NCBI GenBank assembly: GCA_963713825.1
Contig: CAVQNG010000004.1
Coordinates: 96,001 to 160,000, forward strand
Direction of reading: 5' to 3'
DNA: 64,000 bases
Source: an uncultured Acidobacteriota bacterium
Lineage (GTDB): Bacteria; Acidobacteriota; Thermoanaerobaculia; Multivoradales; JAHEKO01
Shown here: one piece after another, positions 1 through 9,877 of the stretch
How positions within the stretch are numbered: position 1 is the first letter of the stretch
How the letters are laid out: each line of letters starts with the position of its first letter
Translations under genes and position numbers: made by a program
The notes under the pieces: generated by a model
Seen by the model: the letters and a program-made list of their open reading frames with translations, nothing else
Database searches by the model: none
Told to the model about the DNA's origin: nothing

Positions 1-1
1 G

Positions 2-1501
2 CAACCGCTGACGGCACTGGCTCGCACGATCGACCATTACATCGCCCCTTCCGTCGCCAATCCCGACCAGGCGGCCATTCTGGTGTTCACCACGCTGCTG
101 GGTGGAATGGTTGGATTGATCAGCAAGAGTGGTGGCCTGATGGGCATCGTGGACCGAATCAAGCCGTTCGCGACCAACCCTCGGCGCGGGCAGTTCGCGA
201 CCTGGGCCCTGGGCGTCGTCATCTTCTTCGACGACTATGCCAATGTCCTGATCGTCGGATCCACCATGCGGCCGATCACTGATCGACTGAAGATCAGCCG
301 CGAGAAGCTGGCCTACATCGTCGACTCCACAGCGGCACCGGTCGCCAGCGTCTTCCCTATCTCTTCCTGGATCGGCTTCGAGGTCGGGCTCATCGCTGCC
401 GCCTTCGTCGCCGTGGACATTCCGTTCAACGCCTACACTACCTTCGTCGCCTCGATCCCCTACCGCTTCTACCCGATTTTCGCTCTGGTCCTGGGTTTCA
501 CCATCGCGGTGACCGGCAGGGACTTCGGCCCGATGCTCAAGGCGGAGCGCCGAGCGCGCCGGACCGGCAAGCTGATGGCAGACGACGCAGTTCCCTTGGC
601 CAAGTTCGACACGGAGATCCTCGAACCGCCCCGAGATGCCACCACGAGAGCCATCAACGCCCTGCTGCCCATCCTGGCGGTGATCGTGATCACGATCGCC
701 GGGATGTACGCCACCGGCAGCGCCGGGCTCGAGAGGGCAGACTTCCAGGACTCCGGTGCTTGGCTGCGAGAGGTTTTCGGCAATTCCGACAGTATCTCCG
801 CGCTCTGCTGGGCTAGTCTGGGTGGAGTGATCCTTGCCTTCGGGCTTGCACTGGTGCAGCGAATCTTCACTGTGCGCGAGGGCATCGGAGCCATGGTCGA
901 GGGCTTCAAGTCGGTCTTCATGGCCCTGATCGTTCTGATCCTGGCCTGGTCCATCGGATCCGTCTGCGACGACCTGCATACGGCAGACTTCCTGGTTGGC
1001 CTGGCCCAGGGTGTGATCTCTCCGCAGTGGTTTCCGGTCTTGATCTTCTTACTTTCGGCCGCTGTCTCCTTCGCTACCGGTACCGCCTGGGGGACCCTCG
1101 GAATCCTCATGCCTCTGGTGGTCCCGATTGCCCACGGGCTTTCCGTCAGCTCCGGGTTGGGCCTCGGCAGCGACGGCTACACAACGGTCCTGGTCGGCAC
1201 CATCTCCTCGGTTCTGGCGGGCAGCGTCTGGGGAGACCACTGTTCACCCATTTCGGACACCACGATCCTGTCCAGCACGGCTTCGGGCTCGGATCACATC
1301 GCACATGTTCGAACCCAGCTTCCCTATGCCCTGAGCATGGGCTTTCTGGGCATGCTGATCGGCGACATTCCCACCGCCTACGGCCTGAGCCCATGGATCT
1401 CGCTAGCGCTGGGAACCATAGTCATCGTTGGCGGGGTTCTTTGGCTGGGTCGAAAGGTATCGGATCCACCGCCGGCAACGGCGGTTGGCGACGAGTCCTG
1501 A
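2..1501 (+). CDS. Na+/H+ antiporter NhaC family transporter, 5'-truncated by window edge
   Basis: Frame is open from base 2; polytopic membrane protein with NhaC-type motifs FFDDYAN, SREKLAYIVDSTAAP, SFATGTAWGT, GDHCSPISDTT. Confidence 0.85.
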   Translation, partial: QPLTALARTIDHYIAPSVANPDQAAILVFTTLLGGMVGLISKSGGLMGIVDRIKPFATNPRRGQFATWALGVVIFFDDYANVLIVGSTMRPITDRLKISREKLAYIVDSTAAPVASVFPISSWIGFEVGLIAAAFVAVDIPFNAYTTFVASIPYRFYPIFALVLGFTIAVTGRDFGPMLKAERRARRTGKLMADDAVPLAKFDTEILEPPRDATTRAINALLPILAVIVITIAGMYATGSAGLERADFQDSGAWLREVFGNSDSISALCWASLGGVILAFGLALVQRIFTVREGIGAMVEGFKSVFMALIVLILAWSIGSVCDDLHTADFLVGLAQGVISPQWFPVLIFLLSAAVSFATGTAWGTLGILMPLVVPIAHGLSVSSGLGLGSDGYTTVLVGTISSVLAGSVWGDHCSPISDTTILSSTASGSDHIAHVRTQLPYALSMGFLGMLIGDIPTAYGLSPWISLALGTIVIVGGVLWLGRKVSDPPPATAVGDES

Positions 1502-1624
1502 CGTCGATGGCGCTCACGAGCCCACTCGAGGTAAGAGCCTAGGACGGGCTGCGCCGGCATCTTCCTGAATCGAAGCCCGGCGGTTCGAACTGGCCTGGGT
1601 CGCCAAGAGGAATTTCTCGCAACC

Positions 1625-4588
1625 ATGTGGTCGTTGTCATCGCAATCGCTCGGGACGCATCGGGCCCTTGTAGCCTGGAAGAGGGTGATCTGGGTCTTCG
1701 CCCTCGCCGCAGTGACCCCGGCCGTGCACGCCCTGGCTCCGGCCTGCAGTCCCTGTGCCGGAATTCGAACCAGTGAACCGGCAAATTTGCTGTCGCAGCT
1801 GCTGGAGGAACCCCAGCTCGAGGAGGCCACCTTTTTCGTGGCCTGGAACGTCGAGCTCATCGAGGGCTCGACAGCCTCTCCTGCAAGGGAGATCGTGGCT
1901 AGCGGGGCCACTCCTCTGCTGGGCCTGGCTTTCCGAACGCCTGCACCTTTGACCGAGCACCTCGACAGCCTGGAAATCGAGTTGGAGTTTGCTTCCCGAC
2001 TAGCTCAGGAGGCGGGACCTGGGACCCAATTCCAGGTCCTATGGCAGCCTGCCGGCTCGACGGACGGGGAGCTTGATGCCGAGCAGTACTCTTTCTTGCT
2101 GAAGCGCGCAACCGTGACGCTGACAGGTGCCCAACCCGACTCCTGGGTCTTCTCCCATCCCCTGCTGCCCGATCGGGAATCGCTGCACCGACTCTTCGAG
2201 CAGGATGTCTCTGCCTATCTGGACGGAATCGTCCTGCAGCCCGTCGATCCAGCGGAGCTCCGCCAGCTCACGGATTTGCTGACTGAGATCGATCCCGGCA
2301 AGCCAGTCGTCATCGACGCGCTGCCCTTCCCCGAACCCGCAGAGCTCACTCTCTCTCAGGCGGCCCGCAACACAGTGGCCGGCGCCTCGATGACGCTGTT
2401 CCAGGAGGTCACCGGTGACACGCCGAACCTGAAGCCGCTCGAGCTGCTGGCCCTCGAATTCCAGGGCGACCTGTCGTACGACCCCTACTCCACCCCATTC
2501 GGCAACGCCGAGGCCTGGACCTTCGTGCGCGGAGAGGACTTGGGGCTGCGCGTCATTGTCGAACACGAAGCCGACTCGACCGAGGCGGCAGTCACCTTTT
2601 CGGATACCAGCCTCCGTCAGCCATCCCGGGTCGACCTTCAAACTGGCCTGAGCTTGGGACTGTACGGCGGCTCGAGAGGTAGCCAGGGACTCGAGCTCCG
2701 ATGGGAGCCACAACAGCGAGTGAGCCTCTTGCAGCTGGAGCGGCAGTCCGTCACAGAACGGGAAGGAGATCGGAGTCTCGAGGAAGAGCTGACGGTGGTC
2801 ACGGAGCGATCGCTGCCCGTCGAGGAGATCCTACGACGTCTGCAGGCCGTCGAAGATGCACAGTCCCGAAGGCTCGAGAACTACTTGGGAGTCAACACGA
2901 CCCACTTGCGCTTCGAGTTCAGCACTCAGGGTGTGGAGGTCACCTTCGAAGGCCGCCTCTTCTACCAGCGGGGCGCGGGATACGACTGGGCCTGGGAGCG
3001 ATTCCTCATCAACGGCTTGAAGTGGAAGGGCCGGACGATGCCACAGATCCCGCTGATTCAGCCCGAACGGGCAGCGAATCTGCCGCTGGAGATCGCCTTC
3101 ACTCGCGACTACAGCTATCAGCTCAGGGGAACGGCCACCATTGACGATCGCGACTGCTGGGTGGTGGACTTTCGCCCTCGGATCACCGACTCGGACAAGA
3201 GCCTTTTCCGCGGCACGGTGTGGATCGATCGCGAGTTGTTCGTGCGGGTGCGCTCGCGGGGGGTACAGCTGGGCCTGGAAGGCGATGTCGTTTCCAACGA
3301 GGAGACCATCCACTACAGGCCCATCGACGCTGCGGGCCAGCCTGCCGATTGGCAAACAGGGAGCTACTGGTTGCCCCTGCGCATGGTCAGCCAGCAGATC
3401 TGGTCCATCTTCAACACCACGACCGTGGTCGAAAAGGAGACTCTGCTGAGCCAGGTCCTGATCAACACCCCGGACCTTGAAGCCGAGCGCACGGTGGCGC
3501 TGGAGTCCGACGCCACCATGGTTCGCGAAACGTCAGAGGGTCTTCGCTACCTGGTGACGGACAAGAAGACCGGTGAAAGGGTTGTGCGGGACAAGCTCAA
3601 TCCAAGTCGCCTTTTTCTGGTCGGCGGGGTCTTCCACGACGATTCTCTCGACTATCCGCTCCCGTTGCTCGGAGTCGACTACTTCACCCTGGACTTACTT
3701 GGCACCGGCGCTCAGTTCAATGCGTTCTTCGGCGGCGCGCTGGTCAACGCCAGCATCGCTGATACCAACGTCTTGAGCTCGAACTTCAGCGCCTCGTCGG
3801 ATCTGTTCCTCGTCGCCGTCCCTTTCACGGACACGCTCTATAGCCAAGGTGAGGAGGTCAAGGCTTTCGACGTCCGGGAGCGGCCGGCCAGCATCGATGC
3901 CGAGCTCGGCCACCTGATCGGTGCCTTCACCAAGGTCAACCTGCAATACGAGCTGCGGCACAGCGCCTACAGCCGGGCGGATGACACGGCGGAGGAATTC
4001 GTCCTGCCGCAGGACCACTTCACGAACGAACTGGGCATGCGGGTGACCTATACCCGCGGTGGCTATCGATTCAAAGTGACGGGCAGTTATTCGAATCGGT
4101 CCAACTGGGAGCCGTGGGGCATTCCCGGCTCCGGCGACTACGACCCGGCGACCAAGGACTACCTGAAATGGGGAGCCTCGCTCGCCAAGACCTTTCACCT
4201 GCCTCGATTCCGCAAGTTCGGTGTGCAGCTCGAGTACGTCGATGGCCAGGACCTGGACCGCTTCAGCAAGTACCAGTTCGGCTCGTTCAGCAAGATTCGC
4301 GTACACGGCTTCCAGAACGGCAAGATCCGGGCAGAGTCAGCAACGGCCCTGAACTTGAGCTACGGTATCGAGATGGGTGAGCTGTTCCGCCTCGAGGCCC
4401 TTGGCGACTTTGCCCTGGCCAATGACATGGCGGAAGGGCTCGACCAGGAGCCACTGGGAGGACTGGGTATCGCCGGCACTATCGTCGGCCCCTGGAAGAC
4501 TCTGGTGCGGCTCGATGCCGGCGTGCCGGTGGTCGGGCCCGACGACGGCTTCACCCTTTTCCTGACCTTCCTCAAGATGTTCAAGTAG
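1625..4588 (+). CDS. Large exported multidomain protein: GH-like barrel, LolA/MucB-like sheet and C-terminal outer-membrane beta-barrel (hypothetical)
   Basis: 987-aa ORF; signal-peptide-like N-terminus (start uncertain); YSYQLRG..DCWVVDFRP..FRGTVWID LolA-like segment; amphipathic strands and terminal FLTFLKMFK. Confidence 0.6.
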   Translation: MWSLSSQSLGTHRALVAWKRVIWVFALAAVTPAVHALAPACSPCAGIRTSEPANLLSQLLEEPQLEEATFFVAWNVELIEGSTASPAREIVASGATPLLGLAFRTPAPLTEHLDSLEIELEFASRLAQEAGPGTQFQVLWQPAGSTDGELDAEQYSFLLKRATVTLTGAQPDSWVFSHPLLPDRESLHRLFEQDVSAYLDGIVLQPVDPAELRQLTDLLTEIDPGKPVVIDALPFPEPAELTLSQAARNTVAGASMTLFQEVTGDTPNLKPLELLALEFQGDLSYDPYSTPFGNAEAWTFVRGEDLGLRVIVEHEADSTEAAVTFSDTSLRQPSRVDLQTGLSLGLYGGSRGSQGLELRWEPQQRVSLLQLERQSVTEREGDRSLEEELTVVTERSLPVEEILRRLQAVEDAQSRRLENYLGVNTTHLRFEFSTQGVEVTFEGRLFYQRGAGYDWAWERFLINGLKWKGRTMPQIPLIQPERAANLPLEIAFTRDYSYQLRGTATIDDRDCWVVDFRPRITDSDKSLFRGTVWIDRELFVRVRSRGVQLGLEGDVVSNEETIHYRPIDAAGQPADWQTGSYWLPLRMVSQQIWSIFNTTTVVEKETLLSQVLINTPDLEAERTVALESDATMVRETSEGLRYLVTDKKTGERVVRDKLNPSRLFLVGGVFHDDSLDYPLPLLGVDYFTLDLLGTGAQFNAFFGGALVNASIADTNVLSSNFSASSDLFLVAVPFTDTLYSQGEEVKAFDVRERPASIDAELGHLIGAFTKVNLQYELRHSAYSRADDTAEEFVLPQDHFTNELGMRVTYTRGGYRFKVTGSYSNRSNWEPWGIPGSGDYDPATKDYLKWGASLAKTFHLPRFRKFGVQLEYVDGQDLDRFSKYQFGSFSKIRVHGFQNGKIRAESATALNLSYGIEMGELFRLEALGDFALANDMAEGLDQEPLGGLGIAGTIVGPWKTLVRLDAGVPVVGPDDGFTLFLTFLKMFK

Positions 4589-4609
4589 CTGACCTGACTC
4601 CTCGGCCCC

Positions 4610-4906
4610 ATGCACGACGAATCCGGACCAGAAGGACCCATCGAGCTGGCGCTGACGGACGTGCTCGACCTGCACAGCTTTCCTCCCTCCGAGGTCGCCG
4701 ACGTCGTCCGCAGCTACCTGGAGGTAGCCGCTGAGAACCACTGGCGACAGGTGCGGATCATTCACGGCAAGGGTCAGGGCGTGCAGCGACAGACGGTCCA
4801 AACGATTCTGTCGCGAGATCCCCGGGTCCTCACCTTCAACGACGCGCCTGGCGATGCAGGAGGGTGGGGTGCGACTCTCGTCACCCTCCGAGAGTCGGCC
4901 AGCTAG
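4610..4906 (+). CDS. Stand-alone Smr (small MutS-related) domain protein
   Basis: Motifs LDLHSF, VRIIHGKGQG, GGWGATLV. Confidence 0.88.
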   Translation: MHDESGPEGPIELALTDVLDLHSFPPSEVADVVRSYLEVAAENHWRQVRIIHGKGQGVQRQTVQTILSRDPRVLTFNDAPGDAGGWGATLVTLRESAS

Positions 4907-4951
4907 AACTTCGGGGTCTCATTCCGGGTGGTGGTAGGCTGAATCTCGAAT

Positions 4952-6772
4952 GTGACTGAAGGCCACTCGCCGCTCTCGCCTATTTTGCGCCGTGCCTGGC
5001 ATCGATTCCGATCGATGGTGCGGGGAGTGCCCGCCGATTTCTTCTTCTCGCCCGATTATCTCGTCGATCTCGGGGGTTCCCCGATCGATATCCACCGCAG
5101 TGAGCGCATCCTGGATTTCTTGCTGGCCGAGAACCTTCTTGGGGGTGAGCATGTTCGACAACCGGTCACCGCTTCCCTGTGGGATCTCCGGCTGGCCCAT
5201 TCGGCCGCCTACCTCGACGAGCTGCGCAGGCCCGAATCCCTGACGCCCATCGTCGGAATGGAAGTTTGGCCAGCCTTGCATGAGCGGGCGCTGCAGGCCC
5301 AAAGGGCAGCCACCGGAGGCACTCTCGCCGCCGCTCGCTCGGCCCTCGAGGGCGAGCGCATCGCTGTCAACCTGGGAGGAGGCTTCCACCACGCCGGCAT
5401 CGACTCGGGAAAGGGATTCTGCATCTTCAACGACGTCGCAGTCGCCATCCGGCGGATTCGGCGAGAGGGCTTCGCGGCGCCCATCCTGATCGTCGACTTG
5501 GATCTGCACGACGGCAATGGCACCCGCCAGATCTTCGCCGAAGACGACTCGGTCTTCACCTTTTCGATTCACAATCGGCACTGGGACGACACAACAGCAA
5601 AGGCTTCCCTCTCCATCGAGCTCGGCGACGACGTCGAAGATGGACCCTATCTCGCCGAGATCGAATCGACGCTTCCAAAGCTGATTCAAGACGTAGGTCC
5701 GGGCCTGGTGTTCTACCTGGCTGGGACCGATCCGGCTTTCGATGACCGGATCGGCAACTGGTCAGTCGGTCCCGGTGGCATGCTCGACAGGGACCGATTT
5801 GTCATCGAGCAGACCCGGGCTCGGCAACGATTGCCACTGGTTGTTTTGCTAGCGGGTGGCTACGGCGGTGAAACCTGGCGCTACAGCGCCCGCTTCTTTT
5901 CCTGGCTTCTGAGCGCAGGTGTTGTCCTCGAGCCGCCGACGACCGAAGAAGTCAAGCTGACCCGCTACCAGCATCTGGCGCACCACCTGGATGGAACGAT
6001 CGCCAAGTCGGACCCAGCTGACGACGACTGGGGTCTGACCGAGGCAGAGCTCTTTGGAAGCCTCGGCGTGGCGGGTCAGGACCAGTTGTTCCTCGGGCAC
6101 CTTTCACAGCACGAGACAGAGCTGGTCCTCGAGTGGACGGGCATTCTGGAGCATCTTCGCCGTCGGGGATTTTCCAATCCCGTCCTCACTTTCGACTGCG
6201 GCGAGAGCTCAGGCGACACCCTACGGATCTTCAGTGACCGAGATCGCAGCGAGCTTCTCATGGAGCTTCGCGTACTTTACGACCGACATTCGATACCTTC
6301 GATGGAGCTCCTGAGCCTCGAATGGCTCCTGCTACAGAACCCCCGTTCGAGCTTCACCAAGCTGCGGCCCTTGCCCGGCCAGACCTACCCGGGACTCGGA
6401 CTGCTGGGTGAAGTTGCGTCGTTGCTGATTCTGCTGTGTGATCGCTTGCGACTGGATGGCTTGATCTTCGTCCCTTCGCACTTTCACCTGGCCGTCAAGG
6501 GCAAGAAGTACCTGCGATTCGTCGACCCCGTGGACGAAGCCTGGTTCCGGGCCGTCTATAGGGCTGTCGAAGATCTTCCGCTGACTGAAGCTTCGACTGC
6601 TGTTTCCCGGAGTCGAATCGTCGATGCAACGAGCGGCAAGCCGTCAGAATGGCATCCCATGTCCATGGTCTTGCCGATCAGCGATCAGCTGCACGATCTG
6701 GTAGAGGGGGAGGCCTACGAGCTCGCGGTCCAAGAGGCCAGTGAAGGCCTCTCATTCATGCTCGCTCCTTGA
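4952..6772 (+). CDS. Zn-dependent histone deacetylase (AcuC/HDAC) family protein with ~280-aa C-terminal extra domain
   Basis: GGGFHHA, GFC, DLDLHDGNGT, AGTD, LAGGY motifs are intact. Confidence 0.88.
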   Translation: MTEGHSPLSPILRRAWHRFRSMVRGVPADFFFSPDYLVDLGGSPIDIHRSERILDFLLAENLLGGEHVRQPVTASLWDLRLAHSAAYLDELRRPESLTPIVGMEVWPALHERALQAQRAATGGTLAAARSALEGERIAVNLGGGFHHAGIDSGKGFCIFNDVAVAIRRIRREGFAAPILIVDLDLHDGNGTRQIFAEDDSVFTFSIHNRHWDDTTAKASLSIELGDDVEDGPYLAEIESTLPKLIQDVGPGLVFYLAGTDPAFDDRIGNWSVGPGGMLDRDRFVIEQTRARQRLPLVVLLAGGYGGETWRYSARFFSWLLSAGVVLEPPTTEEVKLTRYQHLAHHLDGTIAKSDPADDDWGLTEAELFGSLGVAGQDQLFLGHLSQHETELVLEWTGILEHLRRRGFSNPVLTFDCGESSGDTLRIFSDRDRSELLMELRVLYDRHSIPSMELLSLEWLLLQNPRSSFTKLRPLPGQTYPGLGLLGEVASLLILLCDRLRLDGLIFVPSHFHLAVKGKKYLRFVDPVDEAWFRAVYRAVEDLPLTEASTAVSRSRIVDATSGKPSEWHPMSMVLPISDQLHDLVEGEAYELAVQEASEGLSFMLAP

Positions 6773-6813
6773 GCCCCTACGCCTCGAGTCCGATGACGGG
6801 CAAGAGGAAAAGG

Positions 6814-8622
6814 TCAGTTCCGTCCTACTAGTTCGAAGATCCCCAGCGTGAACCACGGAACGTAGGTGATCAAGAGAACGCCTATCGCCAGGATGATCAG
6901 CATCGGGATCGCGGCTCGCCAGATCTGGAGCAGCGGTCTCTCGAACCGATAGGCGGCCAGAAAGAGGTTGAGCCCGACGGGCGGGGTCAGGTACCCCAGC
7001 TCGAGATTAGCCACGAAGATGATGCCGAGGTGAATGGGGTCGATTCCGAAAGCCGCTCCCAGCGGCACGATCAAGGGCACGATCACGACAATGGCCGAGA
7101 AAATGTCCATCAGGCAGCCGACCAGGAGCAGCAACAGATTCAGACAGAGCAAAAAGGTCAAAGGCGAGTGAATGTAGGTCTGCACCCAATCGACGATCCT
7201 CGACGGTACCTGGGCATCGACCAGGTAGTTGGTGAAACCCATGGCCACGGCCAGAATGATCAACACGCCACCAATCAGCACGAGGCACTCGACGAGGACC
7301 TTGGGCAGGTCTCGTCGAAAAGAGATGTCGCGATGCACGACGGCTTCGATGGCGAAGGTGTACAAGACCGTCAAGGCCGCCGCCTCCACCAGGGTCGCGT
7401 AGCCGCTGAAAATCGAACCAAGCACCACCAGGGGCAATGCCAGCTCCCATTTGCCCTGCCAGATGGCGCTTCTTGCCTCCCGGAGACTGAAGGGCTGACG
7501 CCCGGCCTTCGTCACAATGCCTTCTCGGACCCCCCATGCGGCTACCAGCAGAAGCAGCAGAAGGCCCGGCACCAGCCCCCCCAGAAACAGGTCCGGAATG
7601 GCGATCTGGGCGACAATGCCGTACAGCATGAGGGGCAGAGCAGGCGGAAACAGCAGACCCAGAGATCCAGAGGCCGTCAACAGCCCGATCGAGAACCGCT
7701 CCCGATAGCCGTCGGACCGCAGAGCCTGAAACAACAGGCCTCCCAACGCCAGAATCGTGACACCGGAGCCACCAGTCAGAACCGTGAAGAAAGCGCAGGA
7801 GATCGCCGCTACAACTGCGGTTCCGCCCGGCACCCAGCCGAACAGGGCCCGGAAGATCTTCAACAAACGCTGCGAGGACCCACCCTGCGCCAGGATGAAC
7901 CCCGCCAGAGTAAACAGCGGGATTGCGGGCAAGGTTGGCGATACGACCAGCCGATACGACTCCGCCGGAACCGCCGCCGCCGGCACACCCTCGGCAAGGA
8001 ACAGCAATACCGCAAGCCCACCGAGGGCGGCGAAGATGGGCCCTCCGAGAAGGGTCGCCACCAGCACGAGCCCCACGATAGGCAAGATCGTCACGCCTTC
8101 CAGCCACAGTGGAAACTGGCCCAGCAGAACGCCTGCGAGGAGTCCTATCAGGGCCGGCACACGCGCGCTCCCACGATCCGCCGAATGCCAAACGAGTCGC
8201 AAGGCAATCAGCACGAATCCAATCGGCATCGCCAACTGTGCGACCCACACGGGGAGACCGACAGCAACCTCCGTACCCGCCTGCCGCTCGATGACCACCA
8301 GATCCCAAGACGCCCGGGCCAAAAGGGCTGTGATGCCAGCCGCCACGGAATAGGCGCCAATTCTGGCCGCCTCTCGCCACCGACCCTCCGGTAGAAACTC
8401 GCCAGTGGCCAGAGCCAGGAGCTTGTCTTCGCGGGTCGCCAGCGCAGCGCCCAGAAACGTCACCCAGAGCGTGAGGTGCTGAACGAAAGGGAGTGAGCCC
8501 GGAATGCCGATGCCGAAAACGGCCCGTAGACCGGCTTCGGCCAAGGGCAAGATGGCCATCAATGCCAGCGCTAGACCTGCCAGCCCACTCTCGAAGCGCC
8601 GCAGGCCGTTCTTCAGTGACAC
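6814..8622 (-). CDS. TRAP transporter fused small+large permease (DctQ-M)
   Basis: N-terminal 4-TM DctQ-like part; DctM motifs AIPLFTLAG, GSLGLLFPP, GIDPIHLGII, ELGYLTPPVGLNLF. Confidence 0.9.
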   Translation of the reverse strand: MSLKNGLRRFESGLAGLALALMAILPLAEAGLRAVFGIGIPGSLPFVQHLTLWVTFLGAALATREDKLLALATGEFLPEGRWREAARIGAYSVAAGITALLARASWDLVVIERQAGTEVAVGLPVWVAQLAMPIGFVLIALRLVWHSADRGSARVPALIGLLAGVLLGQFPLWLEGVTILPIVGLVLVATLLGGPIFAALGGLAVLLFLAEGVPAAAVPAESYRLVVSPTLPAIPLFTLAGFILAQGGSSQRLLKIFRALFGWVPGGTAVVAAISCAFFTVLTGGSGVTILALGGLLFQALRSDGYRERFSIGLLTASGSLGLLFPPALPLMLYGIVAQIAIPDLFLGGLVPGLLLLLLVAAWGVREGIVTKAGRQPFSLREARSAIWQGKWELALPLVVLGSIFSGYATLVEAAALTVLYTFAIEAVVHRDISFRRDLPKVLVECLVLIGGVLIILAVAMGFTNYLVDAQVPSRIVDWVQTYIHSPLTFLLCLNLLLLLVGCLMDIFSAIVVIVPLIVPLGAAFGIDPIHLGIIFVANLELGYLTPPVGLNLFLAAYRFERPLLQIWRAAIPMLIILAIGVLLITYVPWFTLGIFELVGRN

Positions 8623-8658
8623 AGAATCTCCGGCCGCGGCAATCGGCAGCTCGCCAGG

Positions 8659-9645
8659 TCAGTTCTGGGTATGGCCATCGCCCACCTCTTCGTAGTCCAG
8701 AAAGAGGATCTCCGTCCGTGTCAGCAGCCACTCTGCCCGCCGCTGAGCAAGCACGTTGGCCAGACGTAGCGAGGGTTCCACATCCGGATCGATAGCCAGG
8801 GCTTGCTGAAGCAGGTCTCGAAACTCCCGCCAATCCTGAGCGGGAACCGACACGGCCTCGGCCAGAGTTACGTAGGGCGTGGCGTTCTTGCCGTAAGACA
8901 ACTCGACTGCCCTGTCGAAGTGTGCTCTGGCCTGATCCACCGAGCCGCCTGCCGCCTCCGGCATCGCCTCCAGTGCGATCAAGACACCGTGCACGGCGCC
9001 CCAGTCGTAGGCCTCATCCAGTACCAGGACCCGGCCCATCAGGGCCTTGACCGCCGGGATATCGGCGACGAGGTCTGGGCGATCCTGCCCAATCGAGATG
9101 GCCCCTCCCCAGGCAGCTCCCGTCCAGAAAAGCAGTGGCACACGGCTCTTGTCGAAGCTCTCGACAGCGTTTGCAGGGTCGGTCTGCAGGCGCTCGACAA
9201 CGCCCACTGACTCCAACTCCAGCGAACGAAAGCAGTAGTCCCGGCCGCGGAGGTACAGGTGCAGAGCACGAGAGTACCCGCGGGTAGCCGCCTCGAAATC
9301 CGTATCCTCGAGCTGTTCCGCCTCGGTTTCGACAAAAGCGAACGCGTACTGGGCGAAGCCCTGGCAGGCAGCCAGTAACAGGCCCTGATGCTCCGGCTTC
9401 TCGGCCAGAAGGGACTCCAGGGTCTTGAGGGCGAACGGCGTGGCATCCCGGATCAGCTCCGGATCACCATCGGACGCGAACACGTCACCCGTCGAAGTGA
9501 GGGAATCCGCCAGGGCGTTGACTGCCAGCCCACGAACCGAGCAAGCCCAACCAGACAGGGCCAAGCAGACCATTGCTGCGAAAAGCACCAGTGGACGGGC
9601 CGTGGAGTGCCTGTACAGCCAATCCTCGGGTCGGTTTCGCCACAT
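8659..9645 (-). CDS. TRAP-associated TatT (TP0956-like) helical lipoprotein
   Basis: Lipobox-like LALSGWAC; D-PEL..DA.PF.LK..ESL and YA.AFV patterns; adjacent to DctQM; start uncertain (9645 or 9735). Confidence 0.75.
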   Translation of the reverse strand: MWRNRPEDWLYRHSTARPLVLFAAMVCLALSGWACSVRGLAVNALADSLTSTGDVFASDGDPELIRDATPFALKTLESLLAEKPEHQGLLLAACQGFAQYAFAFVETEAEQLEDTDFEAATRGYSRALHLYLRGRDYCFRSLELESVGVVERLQTDPANAVESFDKSRVPLLFWTGAAWGGAISIGQDRPDLVADIPAVKALMGRVLVLDEAYDWGAVHGVLIALEAMPEAAGGSVDQARAHFDRAVELSYGKNATPYVTLAEAVSVPAQDWREFRDLLQQALAIDPDVEPSLRLANVLAQRRAEWLLTRTEILFLDYEEVGDGHTQN

Positions 9646-9877
9646 CCCGCGATCCTTCATCATAGGCACCGGAGTCTTCAATGTACCCGCGCACACGGTG
9701 GGGGTCAAGCAAAGCGGCGACCCCACAGCAAGCACGAATCTTCACAGGCGCCAATCGCTGATAGGAGGCTGCAACCTGTCCGGTAACAAGACGTACTAGG
9801 ATCTAGTGGTAGCGACGGACGATCAGCGGTCCACCATAGCCTCGGAACCTACTCGATTCAACATTGGAGCCAGGAAC

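Noticed and set aside
7007-8833. 608-aa alternative-frame ORF over dctQM, and other long shadow ORFs such as 26698-28278, 45851-47221, 54644-55885 and 57231-58463
   Set aside because: They overlap well-supported genes, show no motifs, and are expected from stop-codon scarcity in GC-rich DNA
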